Of a DNA stretch of 64,000 bases, positions 63,982 to 64,000 are shown piece by piece. The notes below the pieces were generated by a model that was given only the letters and a program-made list of their open reading frames with translations, searched no databases and was not told where the DNA came from. The position numbers were made by a program, and so were the translations under genes. Position 1 is the stretch's first letter, and each line of letters starts with the position of its first letter. Origin of the DNA: Novakomyces olei. Taxonomy: Eukaryota. The DNA is taken from contig JADEYG010000007.1 of NCBI GenBank assembly GCA_016906335.1, positions 2,108,001 to 2,172,000 on the forward strand, read 5' to 3'.

Positions 63982-64000
63982 TTTGCCGCCTCCACAATAC

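Overview
Gene-dense, intron-rich region of a fungal nuclear genome with about 39 protein-coding genes. From memory the Ssb-type Hsp70 is very close to Schizosaccharomyces pombe Sks2, which suggests a Taphrinomycotina yeast related to fission yeasts (inference, not a database result). Most genes are housekeeping: PAL1, TOA2, RRP4, ARO8-like, HAP3, SCM3, EMC4, JMJD7-like, SSB, DJ-1-like, CCT8, DPS1, OSM1-b5, two MFS transporters, MAE1, PPE1, SDR, MRPL6, THR4, DST1, TRS31, ATG6, bZIP-like, DUF2406, VPS8, GPALPP1, EFM4, IPP1, MRPL4, RSM24, GUP1, RRP42, LIS1/PAC1, SUB1. Spliced gene boundaries were reconstructed by eye from splice signals and protein motifs. I found no tRNA, rRNA, CRISPR array or transposase. 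The unexplained signals are: (i) two unannotated, strongly base-paired non-coding islands (1-242, ending in an AU6G Sm-type site; ~41804-42127); (ii) a probable non-AUG mitochondrial presequence on IPP1; (iii) divergent promoters made almost entirely of microsatellite; (iv) many 5' splice sites lacking +5G; (v) recurrent AAACCCTA/TAGGGTT boxes in promoters; (vi) a DJ-1-family protein lacking its catalytic Cys; (vii) uORFs overlapping the start codons of GUP1 and a bZIP-like gene.
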